Below, one piece after another: positions 8,484 through 18,612 of a stretch of DNA of 59,787 nucleotides. A model generated the notes under the pieces. It searched no databases and was not told the origin of the DNA. It saw nothing but the letters and a program-made list of their open reading frames with translations. How positions within the stretch are numbered: the stretch's first letter is position 1; each line of letters begins with the position of its first letter. The stretch lies in contig CALCQG010000051.1 of assembly GCA_937897575.1 (NCBI GenBank), positions 1 through 59,787 on the forward strand, written 5' to 3'. This DNA is from an uncultured Synergistales bacterium. GTDB taxonomy: Bacteria; Synergistota; Synergistia; Synergistales; Aminobacteriaceae. The translations under genes were made by a program, and so were the position numbers.

Positions 8484-10125
8484 GGTTGTCATCCTCCTTC
8501 TCTCCGCGCTCGCCGCCCGTTTCCGCCGATCGCTCCGGCAGAGGGGCGATGGCGTACAGGACGGCGCCGGCCAGCGTCCCGTTGCGCAGCCATTTGGCCG
8601 ACCGGGGGCCGAACCGGCCCGCCGATGCAAGAACCGCCGCCAGCGTGTCCAGGCCGAGAAGGGCCAGGAGCGCGCGGTGCATCTTCTTCCTGACCATACC
8701 GCTGATGTGCAGGGCGTCGGCGATCTCCTCCGCCGTCCCCTCCCGCAGGACCACGTCCGCCGCCTCCCGGGCGAGCTCCGAGCCCGAATCCGTCGCGATG
8801 GCCACGTCGCCCGCCACAAGGGCCGGGACATCCTCCATGCCGTCGGCCAGAACGGCGACGGCCACATCTTCCTCGTGGAGCTTTCGCACGCCTCCGGCAA
8901 AATTACCGGGGATCGGTCGGGCGACGGGGACACCCATGTCCTCCATCTCCCGGACGGCCTCGTCCCCTCCGCCCATCAGCAGCACGTCGAAGGCATCGAA
9001 GTACTGCAGGGCCTTGTCGTCTCTGAACCGGACGCCCAGACAGGCCGCCTGCCGCCGCGCCGAGGAGAGCGCCACCGGCTCGAACAGGCGCGACAGCACG
9101 AAGTGGTTCGCCGCGAACAGGGAGGCCGCCGAGGGCGCCCGTCCGCTCCTCAGAAAGGCATAGCCGCCGAGGAGCAGGTTCGCCACCGACACGACGGTCT
9201 TCATCCACCCCTCGCCGCCCCGTCCGGAAGCCTTGAGGTCCCGCGCCTTCTCCATCATGCGGACCGTCCGGGCGATGCGCACGTTCGGGCCTGATGCGTC
9301 CACCCTGGCCACCGCGCCGCCCTTCGACACGACGCCTCCGGCGTAGACCCGATCGCCGACGCGAAGAGCCATGGGCTTCTCCACGCCCGTCAGGGCGGAC
9401 CCGTCCACCGTGGCTTCACCCTCCGTCAGGACGCCGTCGAAGGAGAGGACGTCCCCTGTGCGGAGCCGGACGCTCTGCCCGGGGCGGAGCTCCGACGAAG
9501 GGACGTTCCGCTCCCCCCCGTCGGACAGGACGTGAACGCTTCCCGACGCGTCCAGGTGCCGAAGGATGCCGCCCTGCTCCCGACGCGCCAACCACTCTCC
9601 GGCGAGTTCGCCGAGGGCGAGCAGGGAGAGGATCTTTCGCGCGACGCGGAACTTCCCCGTCGCCAGGAGGGCGAACAGGGCGACTCCGTCGAGGACCTCG
9701 GGCGCTGAGTACTGCCCCCGGAGAAGGGCCTGCCCCGCTCGCCCCATCATGGGCAGCGAGCGTGAGATGGCGGTGACTCCCACGGGCATCCTCGGCAGCA
9801 CCATCCGCCACGCCATATTCCCGAGGAACCCCACCGCCGTGCCCGAGGCCCCACGCTCCCTCTTCTTGTCGGGAAGGGTGCCGAGGTCCACGCCCCGATA
9901 GTGCTCCTCCCTGAGGGCGCTCGCAGCGGCCAGGACGGCCTCCCGCATCCCCGGCTCATAGTGCACGAGCAGACTGCCCGTGCGATGGGAGGCGGCGGCG
10001 TCCACTACGCCGCTGACGGTCTCCATGATGGCGCCTACAACGCGAGCTTCCTGCTCCGTAAAGGCCCCCCTGGGACACCGGAGGCGGATACGGCCCGGAA
10101 GCTCGTGGGCTATCGTCCATTCCAT
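8476..10125 (-). CDS. P1B-type heavy-metal ATPase homolog lacking catalytic motifs (pseudo-ATPase)
   Basis: N-terminal HMA2 domain (HELPGRIRL...RTGSLLVHY), actuator domain (GDVLSFDG...VDGSALTGVEKP) and C-terminal P-domain remnant (LADGMEDVPAL...DVAI...LAREAADVVL). No DKTGT and no N domain. Confidence 0.8.
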   Translation of the reverse strand: MEWTIAHELPGRIRLRCPRGAFTEQEARVVGAIMETVSGVVDAAASHRTGSLLVHYEPGMREAVLAAASALREEHYRGVDLGTLPDKKRERGASGTAVGFLGNMAWRMVLPRMPVGVTAISRSLPMMGRAGQALLRGQYSAPEVLDGVALFALLATGKFRVARKILSLLALGELAGEWLARREQGGILRHLDASGSVHVLSDGGERNVPSSELRPGQSVRLRTGDVLSFDGVLTEGEATVDGSALTGVEKPMALRVGDRVYAGGVVSKGGAVARVDASGPNVRIARTVRMMEKARDLKASGRGGEGWMKTVVSVANLLLGGYAFLRSGRAPSAASLFAANHFVLSRLFEPVALSSARRQAACLGVRFRDDKALQYFDAFDVLLMGGGDEAVREMEDMGVPVARPIPGNFAGGVRKLHEEDVAVAVLADGMEDVPALVAGDVAIATDSGSELAREAADVVLREGTAEEIADALHISGMVRKKMHRALLALLGLDTLAAVLASAGRFGPRSAKWLRNGTLAGAVLYAIAPLPERSAETGGERGEKEDDNHD

Positions 10126-10202
10126 TGTGCTCTTCCTCCGGCCTCAGCCTCGGGACAAACGGCGGAGCGGCACGCCGCTCCGCCGTTCTCCTCTTTCTCT
10201 TT

Positions 10203-10505
10203 TCAGGCCTTGCAGTCCTGCTCTTCGAGACACTCCTTGAAGTCCTCGGCCTTGTCCTTGAACTCGTCGGCCGTGTCCTTCAGGTTCTCCTTCTGATCCC
10301 GGAGAAAGACCTTGGCCTCGGCGACCACATCGTCCAGGGACTCCTTCACCCGTTCGGCCATTCCGTTCACAAGGTCCTTCAGCTCATACCCCTTGTGTGC
10401 GATGCTGACGACGGCCCTCCGGCCGGGTTTGCTCTTCATCATCTTCACGGCACCCACGCCCACTACGACTCCAACGGCAAATATCAGAACCTTGTCGAGC
10501 TTCAT
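10203..10505 (-). CDS. Small membrane-anchored helical protein, first gene of the ATPase-like operon
   Basis: 100 aa. N-terminal TM (VLIFAVGVVVGVGAV) followed by an amphipathic helix (KESLDDVVAEAK). RBS GAAAGGGG upstream. Resembles small proteins found next to HMA2-type P1B ATPases. Confidence 0.75.
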   Translation of the reverse strand: MKLDKVLIFAVGVVVGVGAVKMMKSKPGRRAVVSIAHKGYELKDLVNGMAERVKESLDDVVAEAKVFLRDQKENLKDTADEFKDKAEDFKECLEEQDCKA

Positions 10506-10683
10506 TGCGCATCTCCCCTTTCGTCGGCTCTCGCCGCCTCCCACTGCCGACGACGAGTCATCGACCGGACGGCTCCGGTCATGGAGAACACTCTTTCTCT
10601 ACAAATAAAGTATAGCACGGTCGTCAATGCGCCCCGGCTCCCGGCAGCGACCCGGTGCGACAGGCCGCAAGGGCGACGCCCCC

Positions 10684-11610
10684 TCACGATCGCCCTTGGA
10701 ACAGGCGGGCCATCATGCCGTGACGGATGCCCCGATCGCTCACGGAGCAGCGATCCCGACCGCAGAGCTCCATGATAGCCTCCACGATGCAGGCCCCGGC
10801 CAATATCACGTCGGCTCTCTGGGGGACCAGCCCCACGGTCCGGCGCCGCTCCTCCATGGTCTGGGACGCGTAGGCCGCTACCTGCCGCCGGACCTCGTCA
10901 AGCGCCAGGACGGCTCCCTGGATGGCGTCGCGGTCATAGACCGCCATTCCGAGCTTCACCGACACGAGGCTCGTCACGTTGCCGCCCATGCCGACGAGGA
11001 GCTCCACGGGGCCCGTCACGCCTCCATCGGCCAGTTCCCGCCGGATGGCCGCCCTGGCCTCGTTCAGGCGTTCGGGCGGCACGGGCGTGGGCGTCAGATA
11101 GAGCTCCGTGATGCGGAGGGACCCCACGTCGAGGCTGAAACGGCGGTCGATCGCCCCTGACCGGCCGTAGACGAACTCCGTGCTGCCGCCGCCCGTGTCG
11201 AAGACCAGGAGGTCCGCGACGTCGGCCCCGGGAATGCCCGAAACGGCCGCGTCGTAGGAGAGCTTCGCCTCCTCGTCGCCGGAGAGGACAATCAGAGAGA
11301 ACCCCGTCCGCTCTCGGACCCGGCCGATGAAGTCGTCGGCGTTCGCCGCCGACCGCAGGGCCATGGTCCCCATGAGGGCGATCGTCTCCGCACCCTCCCC
11401 GCGCGCCTTCTCGGCGAAAGCCGCGACAACCTGCACGTTGCGCTCCAGAGCCCCGGAGGCGATCCGTCCCGTCTCCCGGAGGCCCTCCCCCAGCCGGGCG
11501 ATCTCGTTCACGTCCTTCAGGACGCGGAAGGCCCCCTCGCCCGATACCTCGGCGAGGCAGTACTTGACGGAGTTCGTCCCCACCTCGATGACGGCTTTCC
11601 GTTCACGCAT
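10684..11610 (-). CDS. Ppx/GppA family phosphatase (short form)
   Basis: Motifs AVIEVGTNSVK, RLGEGL, TMALRSAAN, LSGDEEA, FDTGGGSTE, RADVILAG and VSDRGIRHG. Confidence 0.93.
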   Translation of the reverse strand: MRERKAVIEVGTNSVKYCLAEVSGEGAFRVLKDVNEIARLGEGLRETGRIASGALERNVQVVAAFAEKARGEGAETIALMGTMALRSAANADDFIGRVRERTGFSLIVLSGDEEAKLSYDAAVSGIPGADVADLLVFDTGGGSTEFVYGRSGAIDRRFSLDVGSLRITELYLTPTPVPPERLNEARAAIRRELADGGVTGPVELLVGMGGNVTSLVSVKLGMAVYDRDAIQGAVLALDEVRRQVAAYASQTMEERRRTVGLVPQRADVILAGACIVEAIMELCGRDRCSVSDRGIRHGMMARLFQGRS

Positions 11611-13183
11611 CGGACGGCACTCCTCCCTCCCCGAAGGCCGGCCAGCCGTCGATCGCTCCGTGGGAGAGGCACCCCCCGGCGAAGGTGTACCGGACTTGCG
11701 TCTCCCGGAGCTCCCTGCCCTGCGCTTCGGCGATGTCCCGGTCGAGCACGGCGATGTCCGCCTCGTACCCCGGGGCGAGGCGTCCGAGGCGATGGGCCTG
11801 CCCCGTGGCCCGGTGGGGGTTGGCCGTGAAGAGCGGCAGGGCCTCCTCCACGGAGAGACGCTCCTCGGGCGCGGAGAAGTGTTTCTCCTCCCAGTCGTAC
11901 CGCTCCTCCAGAGCCCAGAGGGATTTCCAGGGGTTCACCGTCTCAACCGGCGCGTCGCTCGACGCCGAGAGGACGAGCCCCTCCCTCATGAGGGACTTCC
12001 AGGCGTAGGCCCAGCTCATCCTCTCCCTGCCGAGCCGTTTGACGGCCATGTTCATGTCGCTCGGGACGAAGGCCGGCTGAATGTCGCAGAAGAGCTCCAG
12101 GTCGGCGAGCGTGCGCCGCTGGTCGGGGCGGCAGACCATCACATGGTTGACCCTGTCCCGAAGTTCGGGGGCGCCCAGCTCCTCGTCGACCCGGGCGATG
12201 CACCGGAGCCCCTGGTCGAGCCCCCGGTCCCCGATGGCGTGGAGCATGGTCTGGATGCCCTTCTCCCGGGCGGACCTCAGGCGGTCGTACACCTCGCCGT
12301 CCGTCCAGTTGAGACACCCGTCCTCGAAGCGCTCGTCGGCGTAGGGGGCGGTCAGGGCCGCCGTCCGGCCCCCCAGGCTGCCGTCAAGGTAGATCTTGAG
12401 CCCCTGATAGTGGACCCACCCGTCGCCGAACCCGGAGGGGAGCGTCGGGTAGGGGAGGTCGTCGTGGTAGGAGAAGACCCGCACCGGCAGCTGCCCCGCC
12501 CGATGGAGGTCGCCGTAGAGGGAGAGGTCCTCCTCCATGCCGTAGTCGTCGGCGCCGCAGGGGTGGACCGTGGTGATCCCCCATCGGGCGAGCTCGAAGC
12601 ACGCCTCGCGGACGGCGCTCTTCAGCCCCTCCCGGGAGAACACGTTCCGCTCCATGACCTTGAGGGCCGTGATGCCGTCCCGTTCGCGGAGGACGCCGTC
12701 GTCGCTCGACAGCTCCGACAGCGCGAGGGCTTTGCCGTCCGCCACGTTGATGTGGGTGCAGACCCGCTGGAGAAGAACGGGGTTGGAGATGGACAGGCCG
12801 TCGAGATCTTGCCTCGTGATGGTCCGCCCGTCGATCCACTTCGTCTCGTTGTAGTTCCACCCCCGGATCCACCGGGTGGGCGGCAGCTTCTCTGAGGCCG
12901 CCCGCACCATGGCGAGCACCTCGGCGATGGAGCCGGCCCCCGAGAGGTCCAGCTGGGACTGCTGCTTCGCCCAGGTGGTCAGGTGGATGTGCCCGTCGGC
13001 GACGCCGGGGAGCACCGTCTCCCCCGACAGGCGAAGCTCGGCGCAGCCTTTCGGAGCCTGCGCCCGAACAGCGCCCTCCGGCCCGACGGCGGTGATCCTC
13101 CTCCCCGACAGCAGCACCGCCGCGCCGCGGACGAAGGACGCGCCGTCCCACAGGGTCCCTCCGACGATAAGCAGACTGTTCAT
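11603..13183 (-). CDS. Amidohydrolase 3 family (YtcJ-like) metallohydrolase
   Basis: Motifs LPGVADGHIH, KIYLDGSLGGRTA, HAIGDRG, RVNH, SSDAPV and GRLAPGYEADIAVLDRD. Overlaps the start of ppx (operon). Confidence 0.92.
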   Translation of the reverse strand: MNSLLIVGGTLWDGASFVRGAAVLLSGRRITAVGPEGAVRAQAPKGCAELRLSGETVLPGVADGHIHLTTWAKQQSQLDLSGAGSIAEVLAMVRAASEKLPPTRWIRGWNYNETKWIDGRTITRQDLDGLSISNPVLLQRVCTHINVADGKALALSELSSDDGVLRERDGITALKVMERNVFSREGLKSAVREACFELARWGITTVHPCGADDYGMEEDLSLYGDLHRAGQLPVRVFSYHDDLPYPTLPSGFGDGWVHYQGLKIYLDGSLGGRTAALTAPYADERFEDGCLNWTDGEVYDRLRSAREKGIQTMLHAIGDRGLDQGLRCIARVDEELGAPELRDRVNHVMVCRPDQRRTLADLELFCDIQPAFVPSDMNMAVKRLGRERMSWAYAWKSLMREGLVLSASSDAPVETVNPWKSLWALEERYDWEEKHFSAPEERLSVEEALPLFTANPHRATGQAHRLGRLAPGYEADIAVLDRDIAEAQGRELRETQVRYTFAGGCLSHGAIDGWPAFGEGGVPSDA

Positions 13184-13882
13184 GACCTCACCTCACACTG
13201 TTTTTCACTGAAATAGCCAAGCCTTTCGCTGGCAAAACTCGTCGCCGCAGTATGCGGCAATTCGACAATCCCATGACGGACAGGATAAAAAGCAGTGTAT
13301 CACAATCCCCACGACAGAATATACCCGATGGACGTCCGTCACCAACGATGGGACCGTCTCACTTAGGGAGCGTCCATCTCGAAGCGCCCCGACAGCGCAC
13401 ATACAAAGGTGGAACCCGTCCCCCTGTGGGTCTCAGCAGGAACGGAGCGATTCGTCTCCCCCATCCGGGCATTAAGCAGAGGGCAGGGCATGACAAAAAA
13501 CCGTGTCCTGAACATGACGCTCTCAGGAGGACAGGGAAACAAGGAGGAGACATGTTTTTCTCGCTTAAATGCTCTTGGGTGAAGAGACCTCTTCACATAT
13601 CGCGATCGTCGATGCCTTTGAGAGGCTATCGTGGTGCTCTTGCGAAGGGTGATGTGTCGTTTTGCAGATCACAGGGGGCGCGGTTCCGGATCGGCCGCCT
13701 CGATGGACAGGCGGCCCGTCACCCCGTGCGGCGCCGTATCGTCCGAGGGACAGCGCTCCGTTCAGGGGAGCGCGCACAGGATCCTTGCGGGCGGTCCCCC
13801 TGCAATCAAGAGGCCCCCCACGAGACAGGTCGGTCCGGCTTCGCGCAACGGACGCCCTCGGGCAAGGCATAGAATGATGAGG

Positions 13883-16069
13883 TTATGTATCCCTGGCGGT
13901 GTCAAAAAGTACGGCAAGTCGGTCGGCCACCCTGAAAAAGGCCGCGATCAATTTGGGATCGAAGTGGCCGGGGAGCGTTCCATCCTCGCTCCGCACGATG
14001 GTCTCCACGCTCTTCTCGTGCGAGAGGGGCTCCTTGTACGACCGCCGGGAACGGAGGGCGTCGTAGACGTCGGCGATGGCCACAACCTGCCCCTCCCATG
14101 GGATCTCGTCCCCCTTGAGCCCTCTGGGGTACCCGCTACCATCCCATCGCTCGTGATGGGTGAGACAGATGCTCCGGGCCATAGCAAGCCAGGGGGCGTC
14201 TCCCAGGATCTCGGCTCCCCACTCGGGGTGCTTCCTTATGACGGCGAGCTCCTCCGCCGTGAGCTTTCCGGGTTTCGACAGAATCTCCTTCGGAACCTTG
14301 AGCTTCCCTATGTCGTGCAGCCTCGCGAAGAGCGCGATTTGGTCCTGTTCCTCCCGGCTCCGTCCCAGCTCAGCCGCGAGGACCCTGCTGTATGCGCCGA
14401 TCCTCGCGATGTGGATCTCCGTCTCCCCATGGTAGATGCCGGTCACGAGCTGGAGTTTCTCCGCGAGATAGGCGTAGGACTCCTCCACCTCCCGCCGCTT
14501 ATTGGCGCCGTATATGAGCCCCCCTAAAAAGGAGGCCACAGGCGTGACGGTCTCCACCACAAAGGGGTCTCTCTCGGTCACCCGGTCAAAGGCGATCTCC
14601 AACACGCCCTCCTCCTCCCCCGTCTGAAAGAGGGGAACGAGAAGCTCGCTTTTCACCTTCGGATGGACAGCGGTCGCGCCCGGGAATTGTGAGATGTCCT
14701 CTATCCAGAGAGGACCGCCCTTTTTTATGCTCTCCGTCGCGGCGATCCCCTCCATGGAGATGCAGAAATTCTGCAACCCGTCCTCGTAGCCGCTCGAGGC
14801 GAGATTGCGATAATACCCTTTTTCGACGCTGGAGAGGAGGACGCCGAAGGCTCCGGTATCCTGCCTGACTCTGTCGAGGGTCGTCTTCAGCGTACCTGCC
14901 ACGTCGCTGCTCATCGAAAAGGAGTGGGAGAACTCCAGAAGCTGCTCCCACAATTCCTCCCTCACGCGAAGACGTTCGTTCAGGTCGGTGAGCTCCATGT
15001 TCATCCGCTCCAGTTTGCCGCTGAACAGGGTGAGGCCCCTCTGCTGCTGGAAGATGAGCCTGAAAAGAGTGCGCAGGTTCTCGACGAAGGGGATCATCTC
15101 TCTGACGAAGGGTCTTTGCAGCTCCGAGAAGCGTTCCGACAGTTTGAAGAGCGTGTTTCTCGTCTCCGCGTAATCCTTCGCGTCAAGCTCCTGAAGGGTA
15201 TCGCTCATCTCGGTGACGGTGGCCCCGATACGATGCATATCCTCGTAGACGCCCTTGGTCCACACGAGCCGGAGGACGAACAAAGCGCAGAGCCCGAGAA
15301 AAAGGGCCACCGCGATGTACACGAGGCCCGAGAAGGCTGAAAGCAGCAGCGTCTCGACGGGGTAGACGAGGAGCAGGCGGAGCCCGTACAGGAAGGAGTC
15401 CTGACGGACGAAGAGCCATCGTCCCGAGTACGATCTGAGCGGGAACCACCCGCCCTTCACCATATCCTGTCGGATCACGACTCCTCTGGCCCTGATATGG
15501 GCGGAAAGATCGGAGATGTCCTCCCTGTCCCCCGCCCAGAGGACCTGTCCGTTCAACGCGGCGACAATGGGGAGCGCCCCCTCGGCTCCCGCGATGTCCA
15601 GCTCGCTGAAATCCAGCCGGATGGCGACGAAGACGTCCTTTCCGTCGATATGCATGACCCCCGTCAGAAGAGGGTGGCCGCGGGCATCGAGCAGATCGTT
15701 CACATGCCATTGGGTGTTGAGAATCTCCTTGGGGATCGGGAAGCCGTCCGGCAGCCACCCCTTCAGGGATCGAAGCACTCGTCCTTCCGACAGGACGGCG
15801 ATAATGGGGACGGAAGCACCCTTTCGATCCTGACCGTTCCCGCGAAGTACGGAATAGACGTAATCTCCTCCGTCGAGCACCTGTTTTCTGAGCAGGAGGG
15901 AGCAGACCCTCATGAAGGTCTGGCTCTCCCTGCCGAAGGAGCGAAGTTGATTCCGTACGCGCAAGAAGACGACAAGGGCGCTCTCCACGAAGAGGATGAC
16001 CAGAAAGAGGAGAAGCACTCCGGCAAAAAATTTTCTGAGGGATATGGTGCGCCGTCGAAGGATTTTCAT
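13883..16069 (-). CDS. Membrane-bound HD-GYP phosphodiesterase with extracytoplasmic sensor and GAF domains
   Basis: Two TM segments flank an extracytoplasmic region, followed by a coiled coil, a GAF-like segment (VKSELLVPL...GVLEI), LHDIGK, HHERWDGSGYPRGLKG and ADVYDAL. Start set at MKILRRR (16069). Confidence 0.9.
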   Translation of the reverse strand: MKILRRRTISLRKFFAGVLLLFLVILFVESALVVFLRVRNQLRSFGRESQTFMRVCSLLLRKQVLDGGDYVYSVLRGNGQDRKGASVPIIAVLSEGRVLRSLKGWLPDGFPIPKEILNTQWHVNDLLDARGHPLLTGVMHIDGKDVFVAIRLDFSELDIAGAEGALPIVAALNGQVLWAGDREDISDLSAHIRARGVVIRQDMVKGGWFPLRSYSGRWLFVRQDSFLYGLRLLLVYPVETLLLSAFSGLVYIAVALFLGLCALFVLRLVWTKGVYEDMHRIGATVTEMSDTLQELDAKDYAETRNTLFKLSERFSELQRPFVREMIPFVENLRTLFRLIFQQQRGLTLFSGKLERMNMELTDLNERLRVREELWEQLLEFSHSFSMSSDVAGTLKTTLDRVRQDTGAFGVLLSSVEKGYYRNLASSGYEDGLQNFCISMEGIAATESIKKGGPLWIEDISQFPGATAVHPKVKSELLVPLFQTGEEEGVLEIAFDRVTERDPFVVETVTPVASFLGGLIYGANKRREVEESYAYLAEKLQLVTGIYHGETEIHIARIGAYSRVLAAELGRSREEQDQIALFARLHDIGKLKVPKEILSKPGKLTAEELAVIRKHPEWGAEILGDAPWLAMARSICLTHHERWDGSGYPRGLKGDEIPWEGQVVAIADVYDALRSRRSYKEPLSHEKSVETIVRSEDGTLPGHFDPKLIAAFFRVADRLAVLFDTARDT

Positions 16070-16079
16070 AAACCGGGTC

Positions 16080-17171
16080 CTATTGGGAGAAGACGAGGTG
16101 CCATTCGGACCCGCTCGGGGATAAAAACACCGTCCGGGGACGCATATCTCCGTTACGATCCAGAACGGCGCTCTCCTCGTCGCCCCCGGCGGCGATCTCG
16201 GAAAGGGTCCGCGCCACATCCTCGCTCTTCGAAGACCCGCCTCTCCGTACCGCCTCGTTGAGGAGAGAGACGGTGTCGTACCCCGTCAGGAGGACTGCGG
16301 GTGGAAGTTCGGCCCCGTAGGTCTCCTCCACGAACCGGAGAAATCGATCGTGATCCGAACCGTACTCCCTGGGGAAGAACGAGGCCATGACCACCCCCTG
16401 CGCCGCGTCACCCGCAAGGTACGGGGTTCTGTTCGACAGTGCCAGATCGGAAAGGTACACGGGGATGAACGGATAGAGAGACCGTAATTCTCTCAAAGCG
16501 ACGGCGGCAAACCAGTCGGGGAGCATCATGACTACCCCCTCCACATCGTCGCCGATCCGCCCGAGAGTCTCCTGCCGGCCGTCCAAATCGCGCCCCAGAA
16601 TGACCAACTTCAAGGGACGAAAGCCTATGCCCTCCTCGAAATCCGTCAGGAATTCCTTCGTATAGACCGTTCCCGGCCAGCTATACACCATGGCATAGGA
16701 TTTGAGCCCCCGACGCTTCGCAAGCTGTCCCAACGCACGGCCTCCGCTCCCCGGGCGGGGGCGGAAAAGCAGGTCTCCGGCCGAAGCGAACTCTTTGCCG
16801 TGCGCAAGGGAGATGACGGGAAGCCGGGCGTTGGTCGACAGTGCGGAAAGAAAGGACGGCGAAGCGGTGTAGGCTCCGGACACCACAGCGGAAAAATCTT
16901 GTCCATCGGCCCCGTTGATCGCGCTGCCGAGAGACTGCCCCTCGCGCAACGGGATGGGGGCAAAGCGGACCCGGGATGACTTCAAGTTGAAATATTCCAT
17001 GGCGAGGACCACGGACTGCATCGTCTGACGGTACACGAGGCTGCCCAGGGCGTCCTCCTTTTCGCCCTGAAGGGCTACGGGCACGACGAGAGGGACGTTC
17101 CTCCATTTCGCAAATGCGAGGAAAGAAAAAGCCATGGCGATGAGAACGAGAATCCGTTTTTTTGTGCTCAT
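16080..17171 (-). CDS. LivJ/LivK-like periplasmic solute-binding protein (no cognate permease adjacent)
   Basis: Signal/anchor MSTKKRILVLIAMAFSFL and type I PBP features (QSVVLAMEYFN, LPVIS, LFRPRP, GYDTVSLL, LDRNGD). Stop lies 10 nt upstream of the HD-GYP start. Confidence 0.75.
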   Translation of the reverse strand: MSTKKRILVLIAMAFSFLAFAKWRNVPLVVPVALQGEKEDALGSLVYRQTMQSVVLAMEYFNLKSSRVRFAPIPLREGQSLGSAINGADGQDFSAVVSGAYTASPSFLSALSTNARLPVISLAHGKEFASAGDLLFRPRPGSGGRALGQLAKRRGLKSYAMVYSWPGTVYTKEFLTDFEEGIGFRPLKLVILGRDLDGRQETLGRIGDDVEGVVMMLPDWFAAVALRELRSLYPFIPVYLSDLALSNRTPYLAGDAAQGVVMASFFPREYGSDHDRFLRFVEETYGAELPPAVLLTGYDTVSLLNEAVRRGGSSKSEDVARTLSEIAAGGDEESAVLDRNGDMRPRTVFLSPSGSEWHLVFSQ

Positions 17172-17325
17172 ATTTCCTCTGTGCGGGCTTTCTTTCCTCT
17201 TTTCCCGTATGGCATCGGGGGAATCGGGATTCATGCTTTTGTATTATAGCTTAGACCTTTAACGTAATAAACACCGAAAATCAAACAGCGGGGGCTTTGG
17301 TACGGAAACCGATCTTTTCGTGCCG

Positions 17326-18612
17326 CTATTCGCCCTGCCAGCCCACCATGGGGAGAAATTCGAGCTCCTCCAGTCGCACGGACGAGCACATGTCCTTGCG
17401 GGGGCGCCATGCTTTCTCCCCCATCAGGATCGCGGGCTGAAGAAATTTGCGCCCCGTCTCGGCGTTCAGCCTGTCCGCCACCCGGGAGAGGGTGCTCCCC
17501 CGGTCCAGGGAGGGCTCAAAGAGGGTCAGCTGCTTCTCCCTCGCCGAGGAAAGGTCCGACAGGGTGACCTCGGCCTTTCCGTAGTCCGCGCCGTCCTCGT
17601 AGAGGCAGCGGGCGCTCTCCGTGGCGGCTCGGATGAGCCGGAGGTCGCTGTCCGTGGCGGGGTGGACGAGGCGCCTGTCGGACCGGCGGCACCAGGCGTC
17701 CCTGAAGCGGCCCGACGTCAGCGTGACGGTGAGGCTCCCGGCCAGCTCGCCCTGGGCGCGGAGCCGCCGCCCGGCGATGACGGCAAACTCCGTCACGGCC
17801 TCGCAGAGGGACTGGACGTCCCGGACGGGGGTCGAGAAGGTACGGGAGGCCTGGATGGATTTTCTGGCCGTCTCCCGTTCTTCCAGCGGAAAGCAGCGAA
17901 CGCCCCGGAGCTCCCAGACGAGGCGGAGCCCCGTGATGCCGAAACGGCGCTCCACCAGGTCGTCCCGCGCGTTCCGAAGGTCGAGGGCCGTGGAGATTCC
18001 ATACCGTTTCAGCCCCTTCTCCATCTGTCGGCCCACACCCCAGACCTCCCGCACCGGGAAGGCGCCGAGAAAGTCGGCCAAGGCCCGGCCCCGAGGGGCG
18101 GCAAGGACCCCGTCGGCCGTCCTCTTCGCCCGCTCGGAGGCGAGCTTCGCCTGGACCTTCGCGGGGGCGATCCCCACGGACAGGGGGATGCCCGTCTCCC
18201 GAAGCACCGTCTCGCGCACCATGCGCCCCCAGGGCTCCCCCTCCCCCGAGGGGACCTCGAGGAAGGCCTCGTCGATGGAGTAGGTCTCAGACAGGGGGGA
18301 GAGGCGCTGAAGGACGGCCATGACGCGCCTCGACACGTCCTCGTAGAGCCCGAAGTTGCTCGAGAAGACGGTCACCCCCCGGCGGGCGAGGAGGGATGCG
18401 ACCTTGAAGTAGGGCTCCCCCATCTGCACGCCCATGGCCTTGACCTCGTTGGACCGGGAGATCACCACGCCGTCGTTGCTCGAGAGCACCACCACGGGGC
18501 GCTCCGCCAGATCCGGCCGGAAGAGCCGCTCGCAGGAGACGAAGAAGTTGTTGCAGTCGCAGAGGGCAAGCAGCTCCTCGCTCGGCCTCAGGAGGGCTTC
18601 CGAAGGATCCAC
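17326..18612 (-). CDS. umuC: Y-family DNA polymerase V catalytic subunit UmuC
   Basis: Motifs DCNNFFVSCERLFRPDL, VVLSSNDG, SSNFGLY, YSIDEAFL, VWGVGR and C-terminal WRPRKDMCS. GTG start at 18612 inferred from overlap with the upstream umuD-like gene. Confidence 0.92.
   Translation of the reverse strand: MDPSEALLRPSEELLALCDCNNFFVSCERLFRPDLAERPVVVLSSNDGVVISRSNEVKAMGVQMGEPYFKVASLLARRGVTVFSSNFGLYEDVSRRVMAVLQRLSPLSETYSIDEAFLEVPSGEGEPWGRMVRETVLRETGIPLSVGIAPAKVQAKLASERAKRTADGVLAAPRGRALADFLGAFPVREVWGVGRQMEKGLKRYGISTALDLRNARDDLVERRFGITGLRLVWELRGVRCFPLEERETARKSIQASRTFSTPVRDVQSLCEAVTEFAVIAGRRLRAQGELAGSLTVTLTSGRFRDAWCRRSDRRLVHPATDSDLRLIRAATESARCLYEDGADYGKAEVTLSDLSSAREKQLTLFEPSLDRGSTLSRVADRLNAETGRKFLQPAILMGEKAWRPRKDMCSSVRLEELEFLPMVGWQGE

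Noticed and set aside
13200..13880. About 680-nt intergenic region with an RBS-ATG (AAGGAGGAGACATG, about 13541-13554) and several short ORFs
   Set aside because: Codon usage is atypical, and I could not identify a family, T-box or riboswitch pattern by eye. An Rfam search would settle it.
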